From: Yuukianura sp. NJ FZ-2021
Lineage: Eukaryota
NCBI GenBank assembly: GCA_046563655.1
Contig: CM102286.1
Coordinates: forward strand, 4,154,001 to 4,218,000
Length of the DNA: 64,000 nucleotides
Reading direction: 5' to 3'
Position 1 is the first letter of the stretch. Each line of letters opens with the position of its first letter. Below are positions 35,734-48,300 of the stretch, one piece after another. The translations under genes were made by a program, and so were the position numbers. The notes beneath the pieces were generated by a model that worked only from the letters and a program-made list of their open reading frames with translations, ran no database searches and was not told the origin of the DNA.

Positions 35734-36342
35734 AAACAACAAAGCTAGCCAACCAAGTATAAACTTGTCATGAATTCGGAGAGATTTGGTTGAAGCTTCC
35801 AATTCTTCAAGGGTAAACCGGTGAGCTGAGTGGATGATTTTCCTAAGATGATACCAAGATACCAGCTTTCCACTGTATAAAAAATTAGTAAAACCGATCA
35901 ACTATTTTTCTGATTCAACTGTAGAATGCATCAGTTCTTACTTGAACGGCTGAAGATTCTTTTCGGGAATCATGATGTTTTTTTGGGCTTGTACCCTGAA
36001 AACTGGTTTTACAGAATTTTTTGACATTTTTTTTTTGTAATGACAGCACAACCTGGAAACGGAATAGCTTTTCTATTGGCCAGAATGTAGGTTCTTAACT
36101 GGAAAAAATGTTACATCACACCACTTTGTAAAATTCTTGAAGGTCACTGTGATGTGGAATCTTTTAAGACTGGTTCCAATAACTCATTCAGCTTGACCTC
36201 CAAAAAATTCTCGAAAAAGAGCATGAAGTTTTTCCAGTTTACCACTTTGCAATTGGAGTTGAATCTTTCTAGATTTGAGCTTCGATTCTGCCTTCAATTC
36301 ATCGTCGCTGAACTCTGACCTGTCTATTTTGCAATTAAAAAT

Positions 36343-39300
36343 ATGTTTGTAACACAAGGAGACGTTAAGGTAAGCGAAAATTTTTATTCGAATTGGATAT
36401 GTTTAACTTTTTTTTAAAGTGAGTCTAATTTTAATTTTGTTTGGCATTTTAGTATTTGTCAGGCTTCGGTTCTGAATTTGCCAGTGAAGATCCACGATGT
36501 CCGGATTCTCTACCGAAAGGACAGAACAATCCGCAGCGGTGTCCCTACGGTCTATACGCTGAGCAGCTCTCTGGGACAGCGTTCACAGGCAAGTCCTAAA
36601 TTTATACTATTAGAGCTTATGAGTGTCAGTTTTGAATAGAATCGGTGTAATTTTAACGAAAAATGGCGCATTTCAATTATTTTTGAAATTTCAAGCTCCC
36701 CGGGCGTTTAACAAAAGATCTTGGTTGTACCGTATTCGTCCATCCGTGCTCCATGAGCCGTTTGAAGCTGTCCAGGAGACAGCAGAAAACAATGGAGAAG
36801 TGAAAGTACTTCCAACTTTCTCCAACTTCCCACCCGAACCAAACCAGGTCTGTGTAACAAAAAAGTAAAGCGGAGTCATTTAGATCTCCCAAGCTGTGAA
36901 AAGCGGAACATCGCTGTCGCTTCCCACTGAATACAACAAAAGAGGCGTTATGAGTCCTAATTAATAATGGTCTGATTTGTTCATTATTTAGATGAGGTGG
37001 TTTCCATTTGACCTGCCGACGACCCAGCGAGTAGATTTTGTTGATGGACTCAAAACCATTTGTGGAGCGGGAGATGTTCACAGTCGGAACGGACTCGCAA
37101 TTTACATCTACGCTTGCAATTATTCGATGGAGAACAAAGCCTTCTACTCCGCAGATGGAGATTTTCTCATTGGTAAAAACGCTGTAGAGCGGTCAAACAA
37201 TTGAATTTCATCATTCAGCCTCAGTGACCTTTCGATCTGTTCAATTTCATGCTTTGATGAATTTCACAAAATTATTTTAGTTTTTAGCGGTAATGTTTTA
37301 TATTCCTAAAGTACCGCTTTGATTTAAATTAGTTTTTTGAATTTTAGTGCCGGAGAAGGGGACGCTGACTATCAAAACCGAATTTGGGAAAATGATTGTA
37401 GCCTCGGGAGAAATTTGTGTCATTCAGGTTAGTATAATTTTGAAAAATTACAGTGGAACCTCTCATTTCGTAACTTTTAGCTCCGCCTCTCTCTATGGTG
37501 GAATGTTGCAAAAGTAGATTTTTGGATGAATTTTATTTGTAAACAAAACAAAAAAGAGCTTTTGTGGTCCAAAATCTCAGATATGTTAGACTTTGAGGCG
37601 TTCTGTTCCCATCAAAACTCATTTTTCAAACCAACCAATCAGATCTTGTTGCGAAATGAGAGGTTCTACTGTACTTTCAATGAATAACTTGATGAAATGG
37701 CTTATGGTTTATGATTGGAGTTTAAAATGGTTTTAATTGCAGCACGGAATGCGATTTTCTGTCGCCGTGGATGGCCCAACCCGCGGCTACATTTTGGAAG
37801 TTTTTGGAACTCACTTTGTTCTGCCCGACCTAGGGCCGATTGGTGAGCTTTCCCTATTTTACGAGGATCGTTAAATCAGTCTATTACATCCTCATCTCAT
37901 TGTAAAGATAAGAAAAGACTAGTGTTAGAATTCAGTCGGTAAGATTTAGGGTAAGGTGACTTGTCGGTTTTATGCCAACTTTAGTACAACTTGAATAGGA
38001 GGCAACGGTTTGGCAAATCCCCGAGATTTCCTTCACCCCACTGCGTCCTTTGAGGATGTGACAGGCACTTTCACTATCGTTAGCAAATTCCAAGGTCGCC
38101 TGTTCCAAGCAAAGCAAAATCATTCACCGTTTGACGGTAACGTTAACCTTTTCTAAGAAAAGTCTTTGGAACGTATAGCTTATTTGCGAAAAAAAAATGA
38201 AACTTTTTTTGAACAGTCGTCGCTTGGCACGGAAACTACGTTCCATACAAATACAACTTGGACGCCTTTATGACCATCAACTCTGTCGCCTTTGACCATG
38301 CCGTAAGTCTGACTCGAAGTAAATCTAAACCGAATTCGTGCTCTATACATAACATCTTCTGCCTAAAACATAAACTTTTTACAGACGCTTTGATTTTTGA
38401 AAAAAAGATTTCGCAAATTTTGCTCTGCGTTAGGCTAGTCAAGGAAATTTTAGCGCGTTTGAAGTGAAAAGTTGAAGCATTTCATCAATTTTGTTTTTAG
38501 GCGGCCTGAATAGTTTGTGTGAAAGGAAAGTTTTCACTTCGAATCAAAGAATCAGGCAATGAAGCGCAAGAAAAGTGCGGGAACGGTTGAACCATGCTTA
38601 CTCAATAGCGTGTCGTTAAACTATACAGAACCTTATGTGTGGGAGTGTCAGATTTCCGGGTTAGATTTGGAACTGATAATTACAGCTCAGTTTAAGCAAC
38701 TACTTTGGCTTGTTTTTCATTGTGAACTATGAGTCTTTGAGTACTCGTTAACCTAAAGGATATTGACTTAAAGGTGAAAAGTAATGCTGGATTGTTGGAG
38801 AAAGTTAAGAATTTCCCATTTGAGCGTCATAGAATCTAATAAGTTTTGAAAGTTTAGTCGAATTTTGGGAAGTTTTAAGACGTCGCCCTTTGTAAGCTGA
38901 GAAGTTAAAGTTCGTGTGACGCTTGTTCTAGTTATTTTGTTGAACGTGAGTGTGATATACGATTTGGGATAAGAAACAATTCATTTCTCTTAAACCGCTC
39001 CGCCCTCTTGGCTTTAACTTGTTCACGCTATAAGCCACCGATGGATTAATCAGATCCAACTGTTAGCTCGAAGTTTTTGCATTTTTTTAAGTTCCAAAAT
39101 TTAATTATCTCCCAATAACCAAGCTATTTAAAACCATTCCAAATTATGTTATGTTCAAACACCCCAAATTCTGGTTTACTTTGTATTCTTCTGTACCAAT
39201 TCCTTTTTCGATGTCTTCTCAAATTGCTCAAAGTGTGCAAAGTTCCTTGCAATTTCGGAGTTCATAGTTTGGAACAATTTGTCTCTTCTTGTGTTCACTT

Positions 39301-41833
39301 TTGAATTCAATGTGTGTTCTTCCTGCTCCTCACTCAGTTTGTTTCAAATCTCAGTTTTAGTTTTTTACCGGGCGTCAGCATTATTTTTTTCTCCTTTTTG
39401 AGAGGATCAAAGGCCAAAAAAGGAACAGCATTTCAAAGTGCAACATTTCTTCGTTTTAACCTTCTTCGTTTGGTTCCAGTGCAGGAAATGAGATGGGGAG
39501 CGGAAATGACAAACAAGGAAAGAAAGCACCTTGGCACTTTCTCCCCTGCCTAACCTAATCCCCTCAAAGCTAACGATGAGGAAAAGGAGGGCGCTGGGGA
39601 GGGAAATCTCAAAAATAAAATTATTGGCTTCAAGTCGACTGAAACGCAGAGGCATTACCCTCCCCTCCCTTACTTTCTCCTGTACGCCTCCATAAGTCCT
39701 TTGTGATGGATATTTGGTGTAAGATTTTTCTGAAAAACAAAGGCTCAAAGGCAAAAAGAAAATTCAATTGTGGACATTACACCAGACCTTGTCCAGCAGC
39801 TCCATGTCTCCAGAGGCTCATGGAGTAATGGATTTCCAAGGCTGTTTCTGGAGGGTGCTAAAACGGAAAATAGGAAGTGTGGAATGTTAGGAAAAGTGGA
39901 GAAAGTGAAAGGTTAGATGGACCAGAGATAATAGCCATCAGTGGTTGTCGGTGACACTTTTAAGTCGAAACACGTCATGTCACTCACAGTATTAAAAAGT
40001 TACATTGTAATTTCCAACAGTTCCATTTAATCCAATTTTTGATGAAAACGAATTCTCCGGTTTCATGTAGGATTACTGGAAATAGCAAATTATAAAAAAA
40101 AAGTCTTTTCGTTTTTTTAAGATTACTACTTTCACACATGAAGTGACAGGTTTTTTTGCTTGCACGCTGCTAATTCTATAATCTTAAAATTTTTCGCAAT
40201 TTGACCTAACAATGTTTTGTTTTGGTTTGTTTAAAGTGTATACAAGTCACTTTTTAGATACAAAGCAGAAAATAATTTCGCAAAGCTTACTTTCTCTTTT
40301 TCTCTCAAAAGCCTAAATTTCTCAAATTTGAGATCACCAAAAATAGGAGTCACGCATGCTTTGCCTAAAAGTGAAAGCAGAGAAAGCGGCTTGCACGAAT
40401 TTCCTACAAATTCTGTACATTGTTGAGCTGGAATTAACATTTCGTTTTTGTTGAGCAGGATCCATCAATCTTCACTGTGTTGACTGCCCCTTCTGTGAAG
40501 CCTGGAGTGGCCATTGCGGACTTTGTCATATTCCCACCACGTTGGTCAGTTGCTGAAAATACCTTCCGTCCACCCTATTACCACCGTAAGTACCCTAACC
40601 TATACTTGTAGTGACCAGCCAAGGAAAATCAAACAAGTCAACTAAGCATACTTTCCCTTCACGCCATCCATCATTTTCACTCCTTCCCTTAATCTCTCCC
40701 CCTTTACAATTGGATATTCATGGCTTTCTTGGAAGTGGACTTCACTTACGAGCAGTAGTGTGCCTTGGACTGTAATTTATGACATGCATTTGGGTAATAG
40801 CATGAACTCCATAATAGTTAAAGTCAATCTTAATTCCTCTCTGGGCAAAACACTAACACAAAAAGTCACTTTAGGAACAAGGCGATTCCTTCCTTTGTTT
40901 ACCGTCTCCTTTCTCCTGTAATTAATTGCATTTGGACTGTACTAGTAACAAATTAAGCCCATTGCAATTAATTAATGTCCAAAAGAAACAAAGTTGAGAT
41001 CCACGTTTCCCTGGACATGTCTTAATTCCAATTTGAAACTGCAGGTAACTGCATGTCGGAGTTTATGGGCCTTATTCGGGGAACGTATGAAGCTAAGGAA
41101 GAAGGGTTTGCTCCCGGTGGTGCAACACTGCATTCCATAATGACTCCGCACGGTCCAGACGTTGCTTGTTTTGAAGGCGGGACGAACGCTAAGCTTGGTC
41201 CAACTCGGATAGCCGAAGGAACAATGGTAAGAAGTCACATTTAAATTCTCCGATTGATGCTGGATAAGAATCTACTCACTACAAAGTTACTGAACGTCAG
41301 TCAGTTCAACTGCAATTAGGTCACTGCATTTCGTTCAACAAAGAAATGTGAAAGCGAGAAAAAAAAACATCTACTTTTTGAAGGAATTTTTCCACATTTT
41401 GTTTCTGACAAACCTAAAACTTGGTCACAAATGTATACTATGAAAAAAAACGCGAATTGTACAGTCACGCTGTTGTAAAAGTTATGTTTTTTCTTGGAAA
41501 GATCGATGTGAAGTTACTAATTTTAAAAGTCCAGAAACGTTGTATTGACGTTTTTGAAGGTTGAACGAATTGGACGTTGACCTAGTTGCAGTTCGTCTTA
41601 AACATAACTTTGGATTGGTGTGAGTCTCGCGGTGCTCCTCGTTGGGCTTAGACTGAGATAAATTCAGGGATTGGAGTGCTTACTTTTACTTAACTTTCTC
41701 CTAGGCCTTCATGTTCGAGAGCTCACTTTCCCTGGCCGTTGTCCCTTGGGCATTGGCCACTCGGAATCTGGACAAGAACTACTACTCCTGTTGGCAGGGA
41801 CTCAAGTCTCACTTTAATCCAAACAAACCCTGA
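36343..41833 (+). CDS. HGD: Homogentisate 1,2-dioxygenase, complete multi-exon gene
   Basis: Continues through [93 protein letters not shown] and AFMFES. Stop TGA at 41831-41833. Confidence 0.96.
37451..37671. mobile_element. Tc1/mariner/pogo-type MITE (221 bp) in an HGD intron
   Basis: 24-bp TIRs cagtggaacctctcatttcgtaac / gttgcgaaatgagaggttctactg (2 mismatches), flanked by TA on both sides. Confidence 0.85.
41308..41593. mobile_element. Degenerate MITE-like inverted-repeat element in the last HGD intron
   Basis: aactgcaattaggtcactgcatttcgttcaac versus gttgaacgaattggacgttgacctagttgcagtt, an imperfect ~33-bp inverted repeat. No clear TSD. Confidence 0.5.
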
Positions 41834-43344
41834 AGGACTCCAAAGGAAAATCAACTCCCTGTTCTACTCATCTCCACTTGGGCATTCTGCAAGTCTAAAA
41901 AAACTTCCGTTTTCTTCTTTTCTCCTTCTCCCATCTTTGCTTATAGAAAAATACTTACATTTTAAATGAATTGGGATGAGGATATGCTTGGTTGAGACAG
42001 AGAAAGTACAGGTATACCATGAATAATTAAGTCTTTCTAGAAGTGTCATCTGGGAGTGGATTTCTTAACGGTACTTTCGTAAGGAGATTTGTGTTTCCCT
42101 GGCCTTTCTTCTTTGTTTTCTCTCCTCACTCAATAAATTAGAGTCAACTATGCATAATTCATGGATTACTTTTCCCCTAAGCCAAAGCACACAATCAAGT
42201 CCTAGGTTTGGCCTTCCCTTGTTTCTGTCACTTACTCCTTCAGATCCTCTCTGTCTTTAGGCGTCTTCAACTTCTTCGTGTTCTTAAAAGTTGTTTCTAA
42301 ATACTACTTTACTTAACTTCTGAGCTATTAAAGAAATGTAACAGTTCAACTTTCCTTTGAAACTGTTAAGTACAGCAAGAAGTGTAGTTTTTCTCTGGTT
42401 CTTTTTGAAGAAAGATCAACTGTTAGGGGAGACTTAGAGACGTTGGACAATTTGAACTTTGTGAAGAAAGTCTTTTCTGAAGTGAATTGGTTTCCTTTCA
42501 CGCTTCTTCATCTTTCCAAACTTTCAGTTTGTTACAGACTTTTTCTCTCGGCAACTTGTGCTCTCATGCTGCAATTTGTTGCCGTTCAGTACTGAGGATG
42601 CGGAAAGCAGTCTCGATTTTAAAGCAAAACTTTTCCTTTAAGGATATTGTGTGCTGATGACATTTCAACTGCAATTGCAGCATATATTTAAGCGATGGTA
42701 CTATACTTGCCAAAGAAATAGTTCTATGCCATTTTTAGAACTTTAAAATGTTGTTTACCAGAATTTCAAAAGAAATCTGATGCAGAATTTTCAAGATGGA
42801 CTTAATTTTTTTTTTAAATCTTCTTCACGCATAAAAAAAAACATTCGTCACAAACATTTTTTCTTTTTCAAAACCGTACAAAACTAGACCTGCGAAGCAC
42901 GCCATAATCTAAACGACAAAAATCTATGCGCAAAAACCATGATCCTACGGCGGATTTAGATTATGTTTGCTTAGTTAGATTAGCAGGATTTTAGATTTGC
43001 TTAGCCTTTTTGTCATGCTTTCAATAATTAGATTAACAAACAAACGTATTTTTAAGTACACAAATAATTCATCACCTTCGTCATTTGAAACACAACAACG
43101 TAACATGCTAGTTGTTTATCTTTTTTAAATTTGATTGCCAATTTGTGTTTTTTTATTCTCAAACGGAAAGAGGATTCATATCAATATCGCTAAATCTATT
43201 CATCAAAATTAACAAGACAAGCAATGTCCCGTGCTCAACTAATGAGAAAGTCTTATTTGTAGAATTTGTGATTTGTCGAACAAAAACTTGGATAAGTTCA
43301 AAAGAGAAGTTCAATTAGAATTTAACGTCCATTGTGTTAGCATC

Positions 43345-45342
43345 ATGGCTGAATCACCAACATTCGTTGTAGCACTTTTGGTTATTTATTTGCAAATTAT
43401 TTTGAACTTTCACTGCTCTGCTTCGACATCCGAAATTTGTAAAATTCTGGATGGAATTGATAGTCCAAATTTTGATTGCGGATTAACATGGATTACAGTG
43501 ATTGGAGAAAGTGATGGTGAAAGTGATTGTCTATACTGTGTCTTGCGACTGCAAGAAATGAGGCTTAAGACGCATGTTATCGTTACGAAAATTTTCCAAA
43601 AAGAAAGTCAAGCCCAGCCATATTTTTTCAGAGAATTTGACGAAGACGAAATTTTTAAAAATTACAAACTGGGTTTTGCAAGGCGCCACACTTCGTTCTG
43701 TGCAACAATTGTATCAAGCCTGAGTTCTGTCGAAAGGAATTTTGAAATAACTAATGCACTCGTGGACAACAGGTTTCTGCGTCCAAGCATTGATAGAGTT
43801 ATACATATTTTAGCACTTGAACAAGAAAAGTACTTTAGTTTCAAAAAGTTCAAGAATGAGTGCTTTCAAAAATTTCGTTTTCTAGAAATCCACTGGATTG
43901 AAATAGATTTTGAAAAGACAAGTTGGATAGGTTGTCGCCGTAGGGTTGACACTTCTTCACTTTGTTGGAAACATCTACTAGCCGGCTACAACGTTCTCGC
44001 GTCAGCTACGCGGACTCCAGAGAGGATTCAAATGGACTTCGATTCAAACGGAGAGTTGTTGAACGGGGATGGTCCGTTTTACCATATGTTGAAATCTGGA
44101 AGCGCCAAATTTAATTTTACGCTTCAACTTAAGTATGGCAGTCACGGAGGAAGTGCTGGAATGAAACTGCCCAATGGAACATGGATTGGAGCCTTGGGAG
44201 ACGTTTTGGCCAACAAAGGAACTTTGGCTATTCACGTTGGAACTTCAGCTGACCGTCATCGAATTGCGGATTTTACGTCGGTGACAGATTTGATTTCGCG
44301 GGTTTTTTACGTCCGCGAACCGCCTAAACAGAGACCAAGTTGGCGGGCTCTCTATCGTCCATTCTATATTTGGACTTGGCTAATATGTGCAGTCGTTTCT
44401 GGAATCGTTTTGGCATTGGCTTATAATTTTAAAATTGTTGATGGCCCGAAAGATTTTGTAGTATTTTGTGGGCGCGTATTCAAAATTGTTTTGGACCAAT
44501 CAACGGATATGCTACAAATACAGAATCTTAAGGTGCGGGTGCTTTTGCTTTCCTGGACGGTCTTCTGTTTTCTTATGGGAATTGGCTACAGATCTAAACT
44601 CGTTTCAATTTTATCGAGTTTTGAATCTTCAAATGACCTCCTTCCGAACACTCACAAAATTTTGGCATTTTCTGACTACAATTTGTATTTCCGATCATAC
44701 GGTGGAACAGCGTTGGCTAATATGCTGAGTTCAAAAAACCCAGAACGGCGGGCAATTGCAAAGCGTATGGTTCTTGTAAATGAATCGGCTGATTGTCTCT
44801 TCAAAACTTTGGCTTCAGAAGATACTGCTTGTTTAGACTTCAACATTGCTTTGGCCCATGCAGAAGCCGCAAATCTTACAACCAATTCCGTTTCAGGATC
44901 AAAATTGTTTCGGAAAAGTGAAGACTCCGATTTTTCTTTCTTCTTGACATGGGCATTCCGTAAGGGGTCGCCACTTCTAACGGAATTTCAATTTATCATG
45001 GAACAGTCGCTGGCTTCAGGTTTATTTTTTCATTGGCTACAAAATTATCAAACGAAAATCAAACGCGGAAGTGTACAATGGCACAAGATTCAAGAACAAA
45101 ATGGAGTTGAAACTTTGAAATTGTTGACAAATGTAGAAGATGACTTCCCAGAAAGTTATTTGTCAATGGAAAGTTTGCATGGAGTCTTTGCAATTTACCT
45201 CATCGGATGTCTGTTAGGAATTATAATTTTTGTTACAGAAATTTTTCGGTTTATACGCAAACTTTTTGCCACAATCCAGAAACGTTTAACAGTTTTCATC
45301 TTTCGAAAATTCTCAAAACTTGGACGTAGAAAGAAGATTTAG
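43345..45342 (+). CDS. Divergent ionotropic receptor (IR, variant iGluR chemoreceptor), intronless
   Basis: First in-frame ATG at 43345 gives a signal peptide (MAESPTFVVALLVIYLQII). S1 has NGTWIGALGDV and RHRIADFT, M1 has RPFYIWTW, M3 has WTVFCFLMGIGYRSKLVSIL, S2 has AFRKGSP, and M4 has LSMESLHGVFAIYLIG. Confidence 0.9.
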   Translation: MAESPTFVVALLVIYLQIILNFHCSASTSEICKILDGIDSPNFDCGLTWITVIGESDGESDCLYCVLRLQEMRLKTHVIVTKIFQKESQAQPYFFREFDEDEIFKNYKLGFARRHTSFCATIVSSLSSVERNFEITNALVDNRFLRPSIDRVIHILALEQEKYFSFKKFKNECFQKFRFLEIHWIEIDFEKTSWIGCRRRVDTSSLCWKHLLAGYNVLASATRTPERIQMDFDSNGELLNGDGPFYHMLKSGSAKFNFTLQLKYGSHGGSAGMKLPNGTWIGALGDVLANKGTLAIHVGTSADRHRIADFTSVTDLISRVFYVREPPKQRPSWRALYRPFYIWTWLICAVVSGIVLALAYNFKIVDGPKDFVVFCGRVFKIVLDQSTDMLQIQNLKVRVLLLSWTVFCFLMGIGYRSKLVSILSSFESSNDLLPNTHKILAFSDYNLYFRSYGGTALANMLSSKNPERRAIAKRMVLVNESADCLFKTLASEDTACLDFNIALAHAEAANLTTNSVSGSKLFRKSEDSDFSFFLTWAFRKGSPLLTEFQFIMEQSLASGLFFHWLQNYQTKIKRGSVQWHKIQEQNGVETLKLLTNVEDDFPESYLSMESLHGVFAIYLIGCLLGIIIFVTEIFRFIRKLFATIQKRLTVFIFRKFSKLGRRKKI

Positions 45343-48300
45343 AGCGCTACAATATGTAGTTTACACTTTCTCCATACATAAATTGAATGTAATTTGAATC
45401 ACTAGCTGTGATCTCATAAATCGATACAAATCACTTCATCTTCAGGGGAAAAAAAAACCAACAAAAATCGTTTTGGCATGAAATATGTGGAATCGATTTG
45501 CGTCTAATAACAAATTAATAACCCGGATTGATTGATTCCAAAATTCTGCTAACATCACCGTGTTTTTAAAGAAATGAGCGAAACTTTTCAAATCGTAATT
45601 ACGGTTGAGTTGTTTTTCTTCGTGTGACAGACACTTCTTAAATTGGTAGCGTTTATCTTCAAAAATTGTTAAGTGTTAGAGACACACTTTTGGACAAGTT
45701 TGTTTTCTTTAATGCTAGAATACACACAGCTGCTACATACACGAAAAAGTTTTGTGTAAGGTAACAAATTTAACACCGTGGGTAGAATGTCACCTAAAAC
45801 TTTGTTTTCTCGATTGAGTGACAACGGTATAGTAGTACGTGTATGAATCTTTGAACAAAACTTTTTACTTTCATGTTTTTCACCATTTTCAGAACTTTCT
45901 CCAACAACAAAACTTAATTTTGTGTGAGGTAATGCTTCTGCTGCTGCTGAAACCAACGAAGTCAACTTGTTCTTAGATAGTATATAGACTCCTATCGCCA
46001 AAACAATTTAGGTTTTCCCTTACCACCAAAATTTTCAAATTGTTAAGGTTTTACTAAGCTCATGTTTTCATTTGAAATTCAAAATAAGTTTTAAATGAGA
46101 CCATAAATAAACTCTCAAGTGCATCTTTCCTTCTGAACTTGTCAACCCCTACCCCAAACACAGGTCTTCTTAATCAAGAAGAATTGGATGCTGAGGAGAC
46201 TCTTTTGGCAAAAAACCGAACCCTGCCAAAACCGAATTCGGAGTTCCAATGCTGCATATAAATTTAGTGATTAGCATTGGAGTGGATTGCCTAATTTGAG
46301 GAATTTGCCTCAAGGAAGAAAAATGTGGTGAAAGCGAAAGCTTTTTTCTAGAATTCTCGAAGTCTTATACTGGAATTCCAGAATTCTACTGTAGGCTTGC
46401 AACTACAGTTGTAAAAATGGGAAGGGATTTAGTAAATGGGAATTGAGTTTGATTTAATTATGGCTCTGAAGGAAGACTTGGAGAGTTCTAAGAAGTTAGG
46501 TTAAGAGAAAGCAAGATTCTTAACGTAACCTAAAGAGAACTTTCTCCGTGGACAGAATTGAAATCCAAGTTTTCTTCGTTGCTGTCATTTATCATTAAAT
46601 TAAGCCTATTAACCCTTTAAGTTCAACTCTGCCTTTTCACCCTTTTCTCTTATTAACTCAAAACTACTGCAGTTTAATTCAGACTAAAGTAAGGAAATAT
46701 TCAAAAGTTCCCGCCTACTTTCTTCATCATCCTTTCGGACTTGATTACTCAGAGGAATATAATCAAATTGTCCCCTTTTCTCCTGAAACGGAGGCAGTAA
46801 CTTTATTTATGATTTGTTTAAAGTTGTCATCTTTTAGTAACATAGCTATCCACAAATTAAGGACGTCCCAACGGAGCCTGGTGCAGAAATGACTAAAATG
46901 TCAGAAATAAAAAATATGACTTAAATTGTAATGTCACATCATAATTCACATTATTATACAATATGTACAGTTTCATACAGAAAAGCATACGCTATTCTAA
47001 ACGATTCTGACAAAATAAAAAAAATGTGTTGTTATAAAAAGTTTCTGGGGGGAAAAGAGTTGCATGACTCTGATTAAAAAAATGAAACAAGAAACAAAAA
47101 GCGACGTTTCAAAATTTGTTTTCGACGTAAACTTGAAACATTGGACACCAATTAGCTATGCAAGGTTGGAAATGAATTTAAATTAAACTTTTGAGCGCAA
47201 CATGTCAACAAAAATTGGAATTACTTCAGATAGGATCTACTAGTAGCGAAAGAAAAAAATTGGACATGGTATGGATTCGATTTAGAAACCAAACCGAAAG
47301 AAAGTAGCTGCTGCTGGGAGTTGTTGCAATCCTTGCGCAAATAATTGATTATTCATTGGACATATTCCAGGGTTTAATTGACACGTAGAGTAAACTTTCT
47401 CTTTTCAAAAATTGCCATGGTTTTTCTTCCTGCTTTCCAGTTTGAGCAAGTAAGTGAGGCCATTTATGGTTTATATTTGCAGGTTTTGGCTTAAACCCAA
47501 CTGCATGATTCCTCACATGCACAATATTAATTGCTAATACAGAAACAGAATTTCTAGAAACCAAATGTTCGCCTCATTTCGGAGTTTGAACTCTTTTAGA
47601 CTTTTTATAATTAGAACAAAAATTGAACCTACCACTTTAAAAATTCTATTTTTTGAATGGTTTTTCCAAAATTTCGAAACTTGGAAGTTATTAATGATGA
47701 AAAAATGGGCGTTGTGTGGAGACAATCCTCGCAAGTGTTCTGGATGTAATGAAAGGTGTAACGAACCTTGTAGAAAAAGTCATTGAATTTCAGACACTTC
47801 CCAGTAAATTAAGTTTATTGAATCTTCCCTCCCACCATTCCTTTCTCCATTTCCATTCTGGGCTGCAGCCGCACTTACAAAGTCTCTACATAATGCATGG
47901 AAGTTCCTCTCTTTCCTTCCATAGGTTAGGTTAGTTTCCTCCGTGAACTCAACCAGTTTTGTCCAAATGCGACCGAGGACAAGTGCATTAAACCTTAATA
48001 TTCCAAAATTCTCATGGAAATGCATGGAAATGCAGAAGTAAGGTGAAAGTCAGCCAGGAGAAAGCTGTTAAAGGCATTAACAATGCAGTGGGTAGAATTG
48101 AATAAGTTGTGAGTTTAAATAGGGCGTCACCACGGAGAAAGAAAGGAGGACTTGGCGGGAAAAGCTTAAAATTTGAAAACGTTGTCTTTCTTTGTGGAAG
48201 CGTCCTTCGTAAGTAGTCTATGACTGTTTGGAGATGAGATTCAGAAGCCCTTCGTCTTAATGTCAACCGAATGACATTTTGGGGAAGCGAAATGCCAAGA

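Larger units (their letters stand above)
24601..37145. repeat. 12.5-kb segment, copy 2 (likely alternative haplotype of 11951-24499)
   Basis: Same genes in the same order and orientation, with SNPs and small indels. Begins exactly at the gap. Confidence 0.95.

Noticed and set aside
43273..43344. N-terminal extension of the IR given in the ORF track
   Set aside because: It starts at TTG; the ATG at 43345 directly precedes a signal peptide.
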